DNA from: a virus
Length of the DNA: 64,000 nucleotides
Virus record (IMG/VR): IMGVR_UViG_3300029911_000010
Span: 32,001-96,000 of that record
Direction: 5' to 3' (one strand)
Under the pieces are notes generated by a model, which was given only the letters and a program-made list of their open reading frames with translations, had not been told where the DNA came from and ran no database searches. The translations under genes were made by a program, and so were the position numbers. Shown in pieces: positions 1-8,858 of this stretch (positions are counted from its first letter, which is position 1; each line of letters begins with the position of its first letter).

Positions 1-231
1 GGTGTACGACTGATCGACGACACCGCCAGCGGGGCGACTGGGCCAGCTGATGACCAGATCGTCGAGCGGGTCGTAAATGCCGACCAGGCCGAAAGCCTGT
101 TCGGTCGACTGGGCATAGCGAATCAGTTGGGCGTTGCCGCCGCTGATGTGGGCTTGCAGCGGGGTTTCCGCGACGTTGGGGGCGACGTTGAAATCTTGAA
201 AGACTTGAACTTGGGGGATGACATAAACCAT
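1..231 (-). CDS. Probable tail sheath protein, N-terminal 77 codons (runs off window)
   Basis: Not in ORF track. ATG at 231 after GGAGG; reads MVYVIPQVQVFQDFNVAP..., resembling the MxYxxPxVxVxxxF start of contractile sheath proteins; follows neck/tail-completion genes. Confidence 0.6.
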   Translation of the reverse strand, partial: MVYVIPQVQVFQDFNVAPNVAETPLQAHISGGNAQLIRYAQSTEQAFGLVGIYDPLDDLVISWPSRPAGGVVDQSYT

Positions 232-234
232 TGT

Positions 235-292
235 GAGCCTCCGTGCTCCTGCACTGAGTTATCGAGCAACCGAAGACGATTATCCGTAACCG
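235..292 (-). promoter_or_regulatory. Pair of CsrA-type hairpins in sheath leader
   Basis: GAGC-ACGGAG-GCTC (235-248, over the SD) and CGGTT-ACGGAT-AATCG (277-292). Confidence 0.75.
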
Positions 293-294
293 TC

Positions 295-1029
295 TTACAC
301 CTCATTCGGTCGAATCTGAAAACTGAGGTCTACATGCCGCAATGGCAATGCTTCCGGAATCACTTTCCACGTTTCCTGGTAAGCCCATCCGACCGTGATG
401 GGCACCACGTAGTTCTGCTGCGATTCCTCAACCTCACTAATTGCTCCAACCTCAGTGACTGAAAACTTCACCAGGCTGAGCTTTTCTTTGACCACCGGAG
501 CAAACTGGGTCAATTCCCGTTGCGTCTCGGTTGCCAGGATCTCACAACTCGCACCCGTTCCTTGGATGCAAAACAAGGTGTGACTTCCGACCCAGAGCGT
601 GACGTAGTCAACGTTGCCTTGTTTGTCTGTGCCCGCACAGTCGTCGAGGACAATCCTCAAGTTCTGGTAGGCGTTGCGTTTCAACAAGATTGCCGGACGC
701 TTTTCAACAAGATCGCCAAGCCATCTGTGAACGCTTTCAATGAGTATACCGGACGACGGGGCGTTCTGCCAAATTGCCGCTGCCAGCGCCGGATCTTCGA
801 TAAAGTCGGGATTGGAATAGTGATTGATCAACAGGCGGCGGATGGCACCAGTCAGTCGCAAAGGCCGCCAGCCGGCATGGCAGATGGCCCCGGCCACTTC
901 GTGGGAATCGCCCAGCTGCCGCCTGTCCTGCGTCGGAGCTTCCGGAGGGAGCGGCGGGCACCAGGTCTGCGTGTCATCCAGCAGTTTCTGAAACAGTGTC
1001 TTGTCGAGCCGCAGGGATGGATTGCTCAT
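295..1029 (-). CDS. Putative tail completion/terminator protein
   Basis: ATGA overlap with upstream gene and GGAG RBS; position between neck genes and sheath; size and beta-rich C-terminal half. Confidence 0.5.
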   Translation of the reverse strand: MSNPSLRLDKTLFQKLLDDTQTWCPPLPPEAPTQDRRQLGDSHEVAGAICHAGWRPLRLTGAIRRLLINHYSNPDFIEDPALAAAIWQNAPSSGILIESVHRWLGDLVEKRPAILLKRNAYQNLRIVLDDCAGTDKQGNVDYVTLWVGSHTLFCIQGTGASCEILATETQRELTQFAPVVKEKLSLVKFSVTEVGAISEVEESQQNYVVPITVGWAYQETWKVIPEALPLRHVDLSFQIRPNEV

Positions 1030-1274
1030 TTTTGTTTCTCCACCAGCGATCGACACATTCCGGTCACCTGATCGATGACCATGTCACGTTGAAACAGCTG
1101 GCGGAACACGTCGACTGGAGCTACTTCGTGTTTCTTGATGCTCAACCTGTCGATGAACGGATTTCGTGGCTTGGACGTCGCAGGCCGTGGTGGCGGCGTG
1201 CCCGGCGTGGAGCCGGACAGGCTTAGCGGAGCATAGCGGCCAAACTGTGATTGATCGGGAGGTAGGTAGGGCAC
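1026..1274 (-). CDS. Hypothetical protein (82 aa)
   Basis: AAGGAGG then GTG at 1274; stop overlaps next ATG. Confidence 0.6.
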   Translation of the reverse strand: MPYLPPDQSQFGRYAPLSLSGSTPGTPPPRPATSKPRNPFIDRLSIKKHEVAPVDVFRQLFQRDMVIDQVTGMCRSLVEKQK

Positions 1275-1275
1275 G

Positions 1276-2163
1276 TTACCAGACCTCCTTGAGCATCGGG
1301 TCAAAGCTTTCCAGCTGCTGCGGAATCTTGATGCCGTAGATCGGGCTGGACGCAGGTATCAGCCGCATCTCGACGTCAGCGGAAATCGGCACGCCGCGAA
1401 CTTCAACGGTGTTCTCCACTGAGTGGACAAACCAGCGGTCGTCACTGACTTTGTTCACCCAGATGTCCTGCTCGGTGACCATCCAGATGTTGGCCATGTG
1501 AGATTTGACCGTGGTGTCAGCCGTGGTGCCCCGTGTAGGGTCCTGGTTGTAGTGAACGCGGCGGGGGCTCATCGACACCCAGGTACAGCCGGCAGGGTAG
1601 AAGTAACCGCAGTAGAAGCCTGTGCCAAAGCAATACGGGCAGGCGTCATTGGTAATCTCTTTAGTCAGCGGGTCCAGACAAACCGGGCAGGGCGTGCCAG
1701 TGACGCGGCGCTTGAGCAGGTAACCCAGCTGGCCGCCCGGACCTTTCTTGAGCGCCAAAATCTCCTGCCGCAGCCGCTCGCGGGCAATCCGCCACCAGCG
1801 AAACTCCAGTGTGCCCCACAAACCGGTAGGCTCACTGAGATATGTGCCGGCCAGCGTGGTCAGCTGGATGCGATAGAAACACCATTTAGTCTTTCCCCAA
1901 ATACGTTGTGCGGGGTCGACCATGTAAAAAATATTGGTCACTGGAAGGCCAACGTCAATCCAATCGTCAGCTAGAGGATTGTCACTTTGACCTACTTGAA
2001 GTGTAAACGTGTAAGGTCCTGGGTCGAGAAAACTGTGTTTCAGCTCGTAAAATATAACAGTTCCGCCGCGAGTCATATAGCTGACGACAACTCTATCGAA
2101 GGCATTGTCGCAGACCGGTAGGCAGGGCGAGCACGACGATGTTGCGTTGAAATTAGATTGCAT
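1276..2163 (-). CDS. Putative neck/head-closure protein with Zn finger
   Basis: CPVC...CPYCFGTGFxxGY motif followed by beta-rich domain; head-tail junction context. Confidence 0.55.
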   Translation of the reverse strand: MQSNFNATSSCSPCLPVCDNAFDRVVVSYMTRGGTVIFYELKHSFLDPGPYTFTLQVGQSDNPLADDWIDVGLPVTNIFYMVDPAQRIWGKTKWCFYRIQLTTLAGTYLSEPTGLWGTLEFRWWRIARERLRQEILALKKGPGGQLGYLLKRRVTGTPCPVCLDPLTKEITNDACPYCFGTGFYCGYFYPAGCTWVSMSPRRVHYNQDPTRGTTADTTVKSHMANIWMVTEQDIWVNKVSDDRWFVHSVENTVEVRGVPISADVEMRLIPASSPIYGIKIPQQLESFDPMLKEVW

Positions 2164-2177
2164 TTACACTCTTCTAA

Positions 2178-3152
2178 TCATACCGAACCGTAGTCCGAGC
2201 CGTAACTGCCGGCACACTCGTGCATGGAAATTTGCAATTTCTTAAGCTGCCTGAACTCATCCCATTGCTGCTTGTGCATCTGGTAGGCCGCCAGGTACTC
2301 ACGCTCCTTGTCCTTGTCGCCGACCAGCTGGCCGCCGCCCTGCAGGTTGGCTTTGTTGCGGCGGTAGTGTGCGGCGGCCATTTGATACAAATATCCAGAC
2401 GCGGCGCTGAGCCATTCCTGTTTCCACGGAAAGTTTCGGCTGTCAAATCGTAGTCTGATTCGCGGCGGCATGTCGTTGAAGTCAGCCAGGGGCTTGGTCA
2501 GGGCGATCGTCAGCTGCTCGTCGGAAAATTCCAGATCGTCCAGCAGATACTGATTCTCAACCGGCGAGGAATCGACGATGCTCATCCGCAACTCGTTGAT
2601 CGTCGGCGGCCCGTCCGTGTGCGTATACCCAGGCGTGTTGAAGCCGAACAAGCTGCGCTCGACGCTTAGCAGCCCGTCGTTGATCAGGACGATGTCGCCC
2701 TCACGCACCAGCGCCCATGACAACCGATAGATGCCACTCTGGCCGTAGATGCTGCTAGGGATTGGCGCTCGAACGACGCCGTTGGTCGCATCGATCACGC
2801 TGCCCTCGGATACCTTGATGTTTTGCGGGCCTTGATTGAAGCCGCTGAACTCAGCAATTCGCAGGATAACTTGAGTGTTCAGGCTGTCGTCGTTGTCGCT
2901 GTCGCTGAAATCGATCGAACCTGATTCGCTGACTTCGGCCGGGGTGAACAGATCCACAGGATTGCCGGTGCGGTCGCGGAAAGTCTGCTCCAGCGTTACG
3001 TTCACGCCTTCCTGGCAGATGAACGCTTTGATGCGAGTGAGAACCGGGCAGCCGTCCATGGCGGGGATGCCCGGCGTGATCACATTCAGATCTGCCGTCA
3101 AAGTAAGCCTCCTTGCTTGACTGAAATTCATTGTAACCGGGACTTGACTCAT
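2178..3152 (-). CDS. Putative head-tail adaptor protein
   Basis: C-terminal helical domain (EFSDEQL..AL...FN..PP); immediately upstream of neck gene; start uncertain. Confidence 0.5.
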   Translation of the reverse strand: MSQVPVTMNFSQARRLTLTADLNVITPGIPAMDGCPVLTRIKAFICQEGVNVTLEQTFRDRTGNPVDLFTPAEVSESGSIDFSDSDNDDSLNTQVILRIAEFSGFNQGPQNIKVSEGSVIDATNGVVRAPIPSSIYGQSGIYRLSWALVREGDIVLINDGLLSVERSLFGFNTPGYTHTDGPPTINELRMSIVDSSPVENQYLLDDLEFSDEQLTIALTKPLADFNDMPPRIRLRFDSRNFPWKQEWLSAASGYLYQMAAAHYRRNKANLQGGGQLVGDKDKEREYLAAYQMHKQQWDEFRQLKKLQISMHECAGSYGSDYGSV

Positions 3153-3203
3153 CCGTCCAACGCTATACACTTCCGTTGTGAATCGTTTCCCACGCCCAAC
3201 CCC

Positions 3204-3300
3204 GACGAGCCCTAGCAGCCGCTGAACGCGGTTTGTTTCGTTGCGGTTTCTTCCCTCTGCAATCCTAGCAAACTACGTCCGGCGGCTCCTGGGGCTCGTC
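3204..3300 (+). ncRNA. Candidate rod-shaped structured RNA upstream of tRNA
   Basis: 97-nt imperfect hairpin: GACGAGCCCTAG/CTGGGGCTCGTC, AGCCGCTG/CGGCGGCT, GGTTTGTT/AGCAAACT, TTGCGG/CTGCAA; several G-U pairs favour + strand. Confidence 0.45.
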
Positions 3301-3305
3301 TTCGC

Positions 3306-3378
3306 CAGGGCGTACGGTAGCGGCCAACCGGTGTGTTTCGGGAACACAAAATCGTGAGTTCGACTCTCACTGCCCTGA
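3306..3378 (+). tRNA. tRNA-Pro (anticodon CGG)
   Basis: Cloverleaf: acceptor CAGGGCG/TGCCCTG, D arm CGGT/ACCG, anticodon arm TGTGT-TTCGGGA-ACACA, T arm GTGAG-TTCGACT-CTCAC, discriminator A; CCA not encoded. Confidence 0.9.
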
Positions 3379-3392
3379 CTAACCTGATAGCT

Positions 3393-3422
3393 AAAAAAGA
3401 GCACGACCGAATGGTCGTGCCC
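3393..3422 (-). terminator. Intrinsic terminator
   Basis: GGGCACGACC-ATTC-GGTCGTGCTC followed by T6 on minus strand. Confidence 0.75.
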
Positions 3423-3512
3423 ATGGCCAGACCGGGGTGGGGAAACCCGGTCTGGCTGCGGTCAGTTTACAAAAGTTGTTTTACGGCTGATGAAGTTCAT
3501 GCAAACTTCACG

Positions 3513-4223
3513 TTACTGCGGATCAAACGGCTCGGGCTTGCTGACCTTGTCGTCTTCGGCCGCCATCTTCTCCGCGTACTCCTTGATGGCCTGGTTGACG
3601 GCCGCCTCGAACATGGTGACGTGCTCATCAGAGATCGCCGCCCGAATCTCGCCGTCGCTGCAGCCGTAATAGATGTCGTAACGGACAAACGCATCCGTGA
3701 ACCACTTGAGCGTATCCGGGTTGATCTTCTTGACGTCGATAGAAATAGCCAGGCCGCCCATGATGGTTTTTGCCATCTTTATACCGGGAGACACCTCTTT
3801 CAGATCCTTTTCAATCTGCTCGGCCACCCGACTGGCCACCGTGTCCTGCGCCGACTTTAACGAGCTGCGGCCCCAGCGCACCCGATCGCGGGCAGCCTCA
3901 ATCTTGCTCAGGATTTCGGCCGCAGAGTCATCCTCGTCGACTTGCAGAACGCCGAAGGGGCGGTTGGACATCATGGACATCATCGATCCGAATATCGTTT
4001 CCATCAGCGCCCCGACCGGATCGTCGCTGTCGGCTTTCTCGCTTTCCGCCGGAACGTTCGGGTCAGCCACCAAGACGGTAACCTCCATGTGGTAGGTGAA
4101 ATGTTTAATAACCTGCACGAGATATCGACGGTCCTGCCTGCTCTTGACGACAACCGAGTCGCCGTCCTTGAGCTTGTTGATGAGTTGATCCAAATTGTCC
4201 GACATGTTGAACTGGTAAATCAT
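3513..4223 (-). CDS. Hypothetical protein
   Basis: 236-aa ORF, GGAG RBS, coding-like bias. Confidence 0.75.
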   Translation of the reverse strand: MIYQFNMSDNLDQLINKLKDGDSVVVKSRQDRRYLVQVIKHFTYHMEVTVLVADPNVPAESEKADSDDPVGALMETIFGSMMSMMSNRPFGVLQVDEDDSAAEILSKIEAARDRVRWGRSSLKSAQDTVASRVAEQIEKDLKEVSPGIKMAKTIMGGLAISIDVKKINPDTLKWFTDAFVRYDIYYGCSDGEIRAAISDEHVTMFEAAVNQAIKEYAEKMAAEDDKVSKPEPFDPQ

Positions 4224-4247
4224 GACATATCTCCGAGAGTGAAAGTC

Positions 4248-4284
4248 AAAAAGTGACCGGGCGGCGCTCGCTCACCGCCCGGTC
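4248..4284 (-). terminator. Intrinsic terminator
   Basis: GACCGGGCGG...CCGCCCGGTC stem followed by ACTTTTT. Confidence 0.6.
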
Positions 4285-4311
4285 CACACAACACAAGGCA
4301 TTTCGCTGAAA

Positions 4312-5328
4312 CTACTTGGCCGATGCAACGGTCACATTACCCGGATGCACCGCAAACACGTGGGTGGCGTACAGGTCGGCCGACTTGTCCGGCAGCGTCA
4401 CTGGAGTATCCATGTTGACCATGGACGCCCACACTGACTTGTCGACAACACCGGCATCCATCCAGGCCGGATACGTCGAAGGCAGCACCACGCTGTCGCC
4501 TTCACGCCACTTGTCGAGGGTGTCAACCAAAGCTTCGGGGACGACTTTGGTAAATCCGTGTTCATCGGCGACGTACTTGACCACGCCACGGCTGGAGCTG
4601 GAAAACCATCCACGAGAGTACACGCGGATCACCGCAAAGCGATGCGGCGTGGTATCGTGAAACAAATCGAATGCCGAGCTGATGCTGGCGCTGCTGCCGA
4701 ACGTACCGAAGGTGAACACGCAGCAAATCGCCCCGATCGCCAGCGCTGCCATGGTCCAGCTGAGACTTTGGCGAAAGCCCCGGCCACGACCGACAAAGAA
4801 ACCACCCAGCAGCACGAACTGCGCCAAGACCGCCAGCAAGATGACCGTGCCCCGGAACACCGGGCCGAACATGGCTCCGAAGATACAGAAGAACAGCACG
4901 AACACGATCGACGCGATCACCGCGTTGCGCATTCGAGCGAAGAACGAAAAGCGCGGGCCGAACAGGTGGTCAGCGATGTTGGATGCAGTGTCGTAGCCGC
5001 TGACGGCCCGGTGACGGCCAGCGGGCGAAACGGGGGGATCGACCGGAACTTCGGTGCCGCTGGTACGGTAATCGTCGGGCGTGACCGGCTCCGAGACTGG
5101 TTCGACGGTGTCGGCGTCGAGAATGGACGGATCGCGGTCGGCGTCCGTGCGGATAGTTCGCTGGCGCACCTGGGGTCGGGCGGGCAGCACCGTGCGGGTC
5201 GGCGGGGCGGGCTCGAAGCCGCCCTGGTCAGACGTGCCAGTCTGTTGTCGGGCAACGGCGTCGGACAAGGCATCTCCGAGACGTGAAGGACCAATTTCCG
5301 GGTTTCCCGGATTGTTAGAACGTGCCAC
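4312..5328 (-). CDS. Membrane protein (about 3 TM helices, disordered N-terminus)
   Basis: AAGGAG RBS then GTG at 5328; hydrophobic stretches in the middle of the ORF. Confidence 0.7.
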   Translation of the reverse strand: MARSNNPGNPEIGPSRLGDALSDAVARQQTGTSDQGGFEPAPPTRTVLPARPQVRQRTIRTDADRDPSILDADTVEPVSEPVTPDDYRTSGTEVPVDPPVSPAGRHRAVSGYDTASNIADHLFGPRFSFFARMRNAVIASIVFVLFFCIFGAMFGPVFRGTVILLAVLAQFVLLGGFFVGRGRGFRQSLSWTMAALAIGAICCVFTFGTFGSSASISSAFDLFHDTTPHRFAVIRVYSRGWFSSSSRGVVKYVADEHGFTKVVPEALVDTLDKWREGDSVVLPSTYPAWMDAGVVDKSVWASMVNMDTPVTLPDKSADLYATHVFAVHPGNVTVASAK

Positions 5329-5392
5329 AACGTGCTCCTTTCGAGAGCAGAAGGTGATGAGACCTTTTTCCACCGGAACATCCGGCGGAGAG

Positions 5393-6505
5393 TTATTTGA
5401 CGAGGTAGTCAGCCTGTACGATCTGGCTGACTCCGTTTCCGGTGAGCTTCACCGAATGACAGCTGTACGGGTTGAGTTCGTTGAAGCTGGCTAGGCGGGC
5501 GACGGCCTTGTCTTCTCGACAGACCAGGTGGCCTTTGGACCGCCAGGCGGGCATGTGGTTCGTGCTGATCGAGCAGGGCATTGTGCGATACAAGATTCGT
5601 CGCAGCGCACGGGCAGCCGGGATGCCTGGAATCGGCCCGGTGAACGACAACTCAAGGAAGTTGTTTTCCCATTCCGGATTGCGGCCGGTTATGCCCAGAT
5701 GAATCCGAGTCAGTGCGCCGGCGAAATACCGGGCCAGCCGCATTATATGATCTTCCCGATTGGCCAGCGGGTACAGCTTCTCGTACTGTTTGAGATAATA
5801 GCCGATCGTATCTTCGCTGATCGGCTGCGACCAGCCATACCGCTTGAGATCATTGATCACGTTGACATTGGTCGGCAACAGAACGTGTCGTTCCATCAGC
5901 GGCAGCAAAGAATCGGCCGTAGTGCTGAACGTCGTCTCGCTGACCTTGCTGCTTTCCTTGAAAGGCACGACGAACGATAAGCCCAGGATCTTAACCAGGT
6001 TTTCAAACCCGGCGGTGTACAGTGCCGCATCCTTGCGGGCTTGCTCGGCTCTCTCGTAAAACAGGTGCGGAGCAGACACGTCTTCCAACCTGACGACAGC
6101 CTGAATGCCGCCAGAGTAGTAAGGCTGTACCCGATCTTGTAAACACTTAAGCGTCTTGAGCGCCATAAGCTCGGCGACATCCACGCCGGAGCCGTCCGGC
6201 TTTTCAGAACCCCAAGGCACCAAAAATGGAATAGGCCGAAACTCTGTCATCGAAGAGCTGATGACGTTGCGAATGGCCACAATCGATTCAGGACTGGGGC
6301 GGGGGCCGTACCGCACCTGTCCGGATGAGATGATCGCATCGGTGACAAGATCAAGCCTCTCACTGTGAGAGATCTTGTTGATGTTTGGAAACTCGCTGAT
6401 CAGAAACTGTCTGATCAAAGGCGAGTACGGATCATCGAACGATGTTTCGATGTCGTAGTATCCCGAACGTGATGAGCATTCCGAGGGCATATTCGATCCT
6501 TTCAT
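5393..6505 (-). CDS. DIT1/PvcA-family (isocyanide synthase-like) protein
   Basis: FLVPW..K....VDVAELMALKTLKCLQDRVQPYYSGGIQAVVRLED resembles the PDxxExxALxxLxxLxxxIxxxYxPGxxIxIxxD motif; C-terminal PAW(R) resembles TPWH; start may be 6490. Confidence 0.6.
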   Translation of the reverse strand: MKGSNMPSECSSRSGYYDIETSFDDPYSPLIRQFLISEFPNINKISHSERLDLVTDAIISSGQVRYGPRPSPESIVAIRNVISSSMTEFRPIPFLVPWGSEKPDGSGVDVAELMALKTLKCLQDRVQPYYSGGIQAVVRLEDVSAPHLFYERAEQARKDAALYTAGFENLVKILGLSFVVPFKESSKVSETTFSTTADSLLPLMERHVLLPTNVNVINDLKRYGWSQPISEDTIGYYLKQYEKLYPLANREDHIMRLARYFAGALTRIHLGITGRNPEWENNFLELSFTGPIPGIPAARALRRILYRTMPCSISTNHMPAWRSKGHLVCREDKAVARLASFNELNPYSCHSVKLTGNGVSQIVQADYLVK

Positions 6506-6726
6506 GTTTGACTAAGTTCGATCATCTTCGCCGCAATTGCGCTCAGCGTGTCAGCGGAGTAGCGGTTGGCTTCCGGATATCCGTCGTTAGGTTTATGTAG
6601 AAAATAAAAATAAACGCTCCCTTCGTATCGCCAGATCTCGCCGAGCAATACGTGCGATTGCAGCCACACGGCAATGACGACGATGTCTTTCGGATCGCCG
6701 GCAAACACGAGTTCAAATTCAGGCAT
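6502..6726 (-). CDS. Hypothetical protein
   Basis: GAGGAG RBS, ATG at 6726, ATGA overlap with next gene. Confidence 0.6.
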   Translation of the reverse strand: MPEFELVFAGDPKDIVVIAVWLQSHVLLGEIWRYEGSVYFYFLHKPNDGYPEANRYSADTLSAIAAKMIELSQT

Positions 6727-6973
6727 TCTTCTCCTCTGATGATGAGAACAAGGAACAGTAGGACTTGGGACCCGTGACAACCGGAACGTCCGGTGGTCAG
6801 TTCCTTAGGCCGGCGGGATCTCATCCTCCCGCCGGCTCCCTCGGAGTTTGCAGCCCTGGTCTACTCGCTGGCCAAGGCTGCGGGTTGTGAAAGCGCCGCG
6901 ACAACAATCAAGCTGTCGCGGCGAAGCGTCGCTATTGATCAGGCGGCAGATGACGCATTCTGCTAGGATACTT

Positions 6974-7030
6974 TCACGCACGCACTACGACCTCGGCCGG
7001 GTCAGTGACGGTGTTAATCAGATAAGGCAT
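6974..7030 (-). CDS. 18-aa leader/mini peptide MPYLINTVTDPAEVVVRA
   Basis: Strong AAGGAG RBS 7 nt upstream of ATG; followed by about 200 nt of hairpins. Confidence 0.45.
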   Translation of the reverse strand: MPYLINTVTDPAEVVVRA

Positions 7031-7054
7031 GACTGACTCCTTGGGTGAAAAGAT

Positions 7055-7084
7055 AAAAGAAGAAGGCCGGCGAAAGGCCGGCCT
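7055..7084 (-). terminator. Intrinsic terminator
   Basis: AGGCCGGC..GCCGGCCT stem then TCTTCTTTT. Confidence 0.65.
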
Positions 7085-7102
7085 CGGAAAGATACTTATC
7101 CT

Positions 7103-7136
7103 TCACTTCTTTTGACGTGTTTTGGGCCGAAATTTA
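7103..7136 (-). promoter_or_regulatory. Repeated intergenic motif, copy 1 (candidate phage-RNAP promoter)
   Basis: TAAATTTC-N6-AAA-N2-CGTCAAAAGAA-N-TGA; 25/34 nt identical, ungapped, with 11898-11931. Confidence 0.5.
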
Positions 7137-7140
7137 GCCC

Positions 7141-8478
7141 CTAAATCAGTCTGAAACCAGGGTACCTTTTGTCGTCTTTCAGAGCGCACATGTCAGCCCG
7201 GAGCATGACTAACTCAAGCTCGGACGCCGACCGTTTACGCTCGGGAAAGAAAAACTCATTGGGCGGGGTGATCTGCGAACATTCAGCCATGTCAAAACGG
7301 CACTGGACGCCGGGCATCTGGACGGCAAATTCCTTGTGGGTGTAGTACAGGAAGCTGTTTTTGTTGAAGCGGGTCTTGTGGTTGGGGTTCATGTCAGCCA
7401 GCAGCGGCGTGACGATCCTGGGGTCGGCGATGCGGCCGGTCATCTGACCGGCGGCGTTGGTTTCGATAATGACGCGGGGATCGGCGATGTAAGGCGTGGT
7501 GTCGGGCACCCTGACGCTCAGCCAACCGGTCGGCACCAGCGCTCGATAACAGCTGTTCATGAAACCAACCTGGTACTCCTTGGGGATCATTTCCATGACG
7601 TGACTGGCAATGATATGGCCGTAGCGGTTGGTGCCGTTGATGCCGGGCTTGTCGGGAGCCCAGCGGCCGTTGGTCCATTCCACTTCCAGATCCAGCAACG
7701 GCAGTTTACTGCGCCGGCACCATTCAGTGATTAACGGATAGAGGTAGTTACGCCGGTTGACGGCGGTTTGGGTCTGAATCGCCTGGCTGCGCAGCTTAAC
7801 GGTGTTGGAGTCATGCACGCGATACAGATAGCCGCAGTGATTGGTGTAGTGAAACTTAGCCCCAGAAATATAAGTTCGGCAGATCAGATCGTGATCGTCG
7901 CCGACGCTGAGCTTGGGATCGTGGCCGCCGGCATTGTAGTAGGCTTCCCGGCTCCAGGCCCGGACATGATCCGGAGCGAAATAGACTTCACAGAGCGACC
8001 GGGGTGTGATGTCAAACATCCGGGTGGCGATGTAGCGGATGCCGTAAAACTCCACCGGGTAGTTCTCCCAGCCGTAGGCCGTGCTGTAGCCCCAGGTCTC
8101 GATTGACTCGTCATGCCGCAGGAACACTGCCACGTCGCTGTAGACGAAGCCAGCGCCGCCGGCGATGCCCTCGGCGACCTTGGCCAGGGTGTCGGGGGTG
8201 AGCAGATCGTCGTGGTCCATCTCCAGAAAGGCGTCGCCCTTGCATAGGTCGCAGGCTTCGGCCTTGAGGGCTCCGATATTATCGCTGTTGCACTGGCTGT
8301 CGAAGACCTTGATGCGCTCGTCATCCAGGTTCAGCTTCTGCCCCTTGGCCGGGCCATTTAGCACGATAACCCATTCCCAGGTGGGATAGTTCTGCAGCTT
8401 GATGGCGTCGTAGACGTCGTTGAGAAACTTTGGGTTGTTGGTTGGCGTAAACAGGCTGATCAAAGGTTTGTTTGTCAC
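7141..8478 (-). CDS. GT2 glycosyltransferase fused to methyltransferase-like domain
   Basis: ISLFTPT, WEWVIV, MDHDD (DxD), GDDHDL; C-terminal ASHVME...CYRALVPTGWL; GTG start overlaps upstream stop. Confidence 0.85.
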   Translation of the reverse strand: MTNKPLISLFTPTNNPKFLNDVYDAIKLQNYPTWEWVIVLNGPAKGQKLNLDDERIKVFDSQCNSDNIGALKAEACDLCKGDAFLEMDHDDLLTPDTLAKVAEGIAGGAGFVYSDVAVFLRHDESIETWGYSTAYGWENYPVEFYGIRYIATRMFDITPRSLCEVYFAPDHVRAWSREAYYNAGGHDPKLSVGDDHDLICRTYISGAKFHYTNHCGYLYRVHDSNTVKLRSQAIQTQTAVNRRNYLYPLITEWCRRSKLPLLDLEVEWTNGRWAPDKPGINGTNRYGHIIASHVMEMIPKEYQVGFMNSCYRALVPTGWLSVRVPDTTPYIADPRVIIETNAAGQMTGRIADPRIVTPLLADMNPNHKTRFNKNSFLYYTHKEFAVQMPGVQCRFDMAECSQITPPNEFFFPERKRSASELELVMLRADMCALKDDKRYPGFRLI

Positions 8479-8675
8479 TAGATCACCAGATGAATCTTTG
8501 TTTGAGACAGATCGGCGGGAAGATCGCATTGCAAGTCGACGTGAAGGATCTGCCCGTCGTATTCCATGTCCTGAATTTTTACGTCGACGCCGTACAGCGT
8601 TTTAATCAAATGACAGCGCAGAATCAACCACAGGACAGCGTCGCCAACGGTAGCTTGAGGTTCTGATTCAAACAT
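8478..8675 (-). CDS. Small hypothetical protein
   Basis: 65-aa ORF coupled to the GT2 gene. Confidence 0.55.
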   Translation of the reverse strand: MFESEPQATVGDAVLWLILRCHLIKTLYGVDVKIQDMEYDGQILHVDLQCDLPADLSQTKIHLVI

Positions 8676-8758
8676 AGCGATGAGTGTAACAAGACGGCGT
8701 CGCCAACGGTAGCTTGAGGTTCTGATTCAAACATAGCGATGAGTGTAACAAGACGGCG
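8638..8758. repeat. Perfect 59-bp tandem duplication (2 copies)
   Basis: gcgtcgccaacggtagc...gtaacaagacg at 8638-8696 and 8697-8755. Confidence 0.95.
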
Positions 8759-8782
8759 AGCCTGACCGAAGCCAGGCTCGCC
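8755..8782 (-). terminator. Hairpin/terminator after small virion operon
   Basis: GGCGAGCCTG/CAGGCTCGCC stem followed by GTCTTGTT. Confidence 0.5.
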
Positions 8783-8858
8783 GGGTGCGTCCATGCACTA
8801 TACAAGGCAGCGTCGTGCCGCCAGGCCCTGGGCCGAAGCCCAAAGCTCTAAGCTTCCC

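Noticed and set aside
3204-3300. SRP 4.5S RNA
   Set aside because: Lacks the conserved domain IV GNRA tetraloop and internal-loop sequence on either strand
6805-6845. tmRNA or tRNA 3' end (GCGGG...CCCGCCGGCTCC)
   Set aside because: No TTCGA T-loop, no CCA, no matching 5' end
8638-8758. CRISPR array
   Set aside because: Two abutting copies with no spacer; no cas genes
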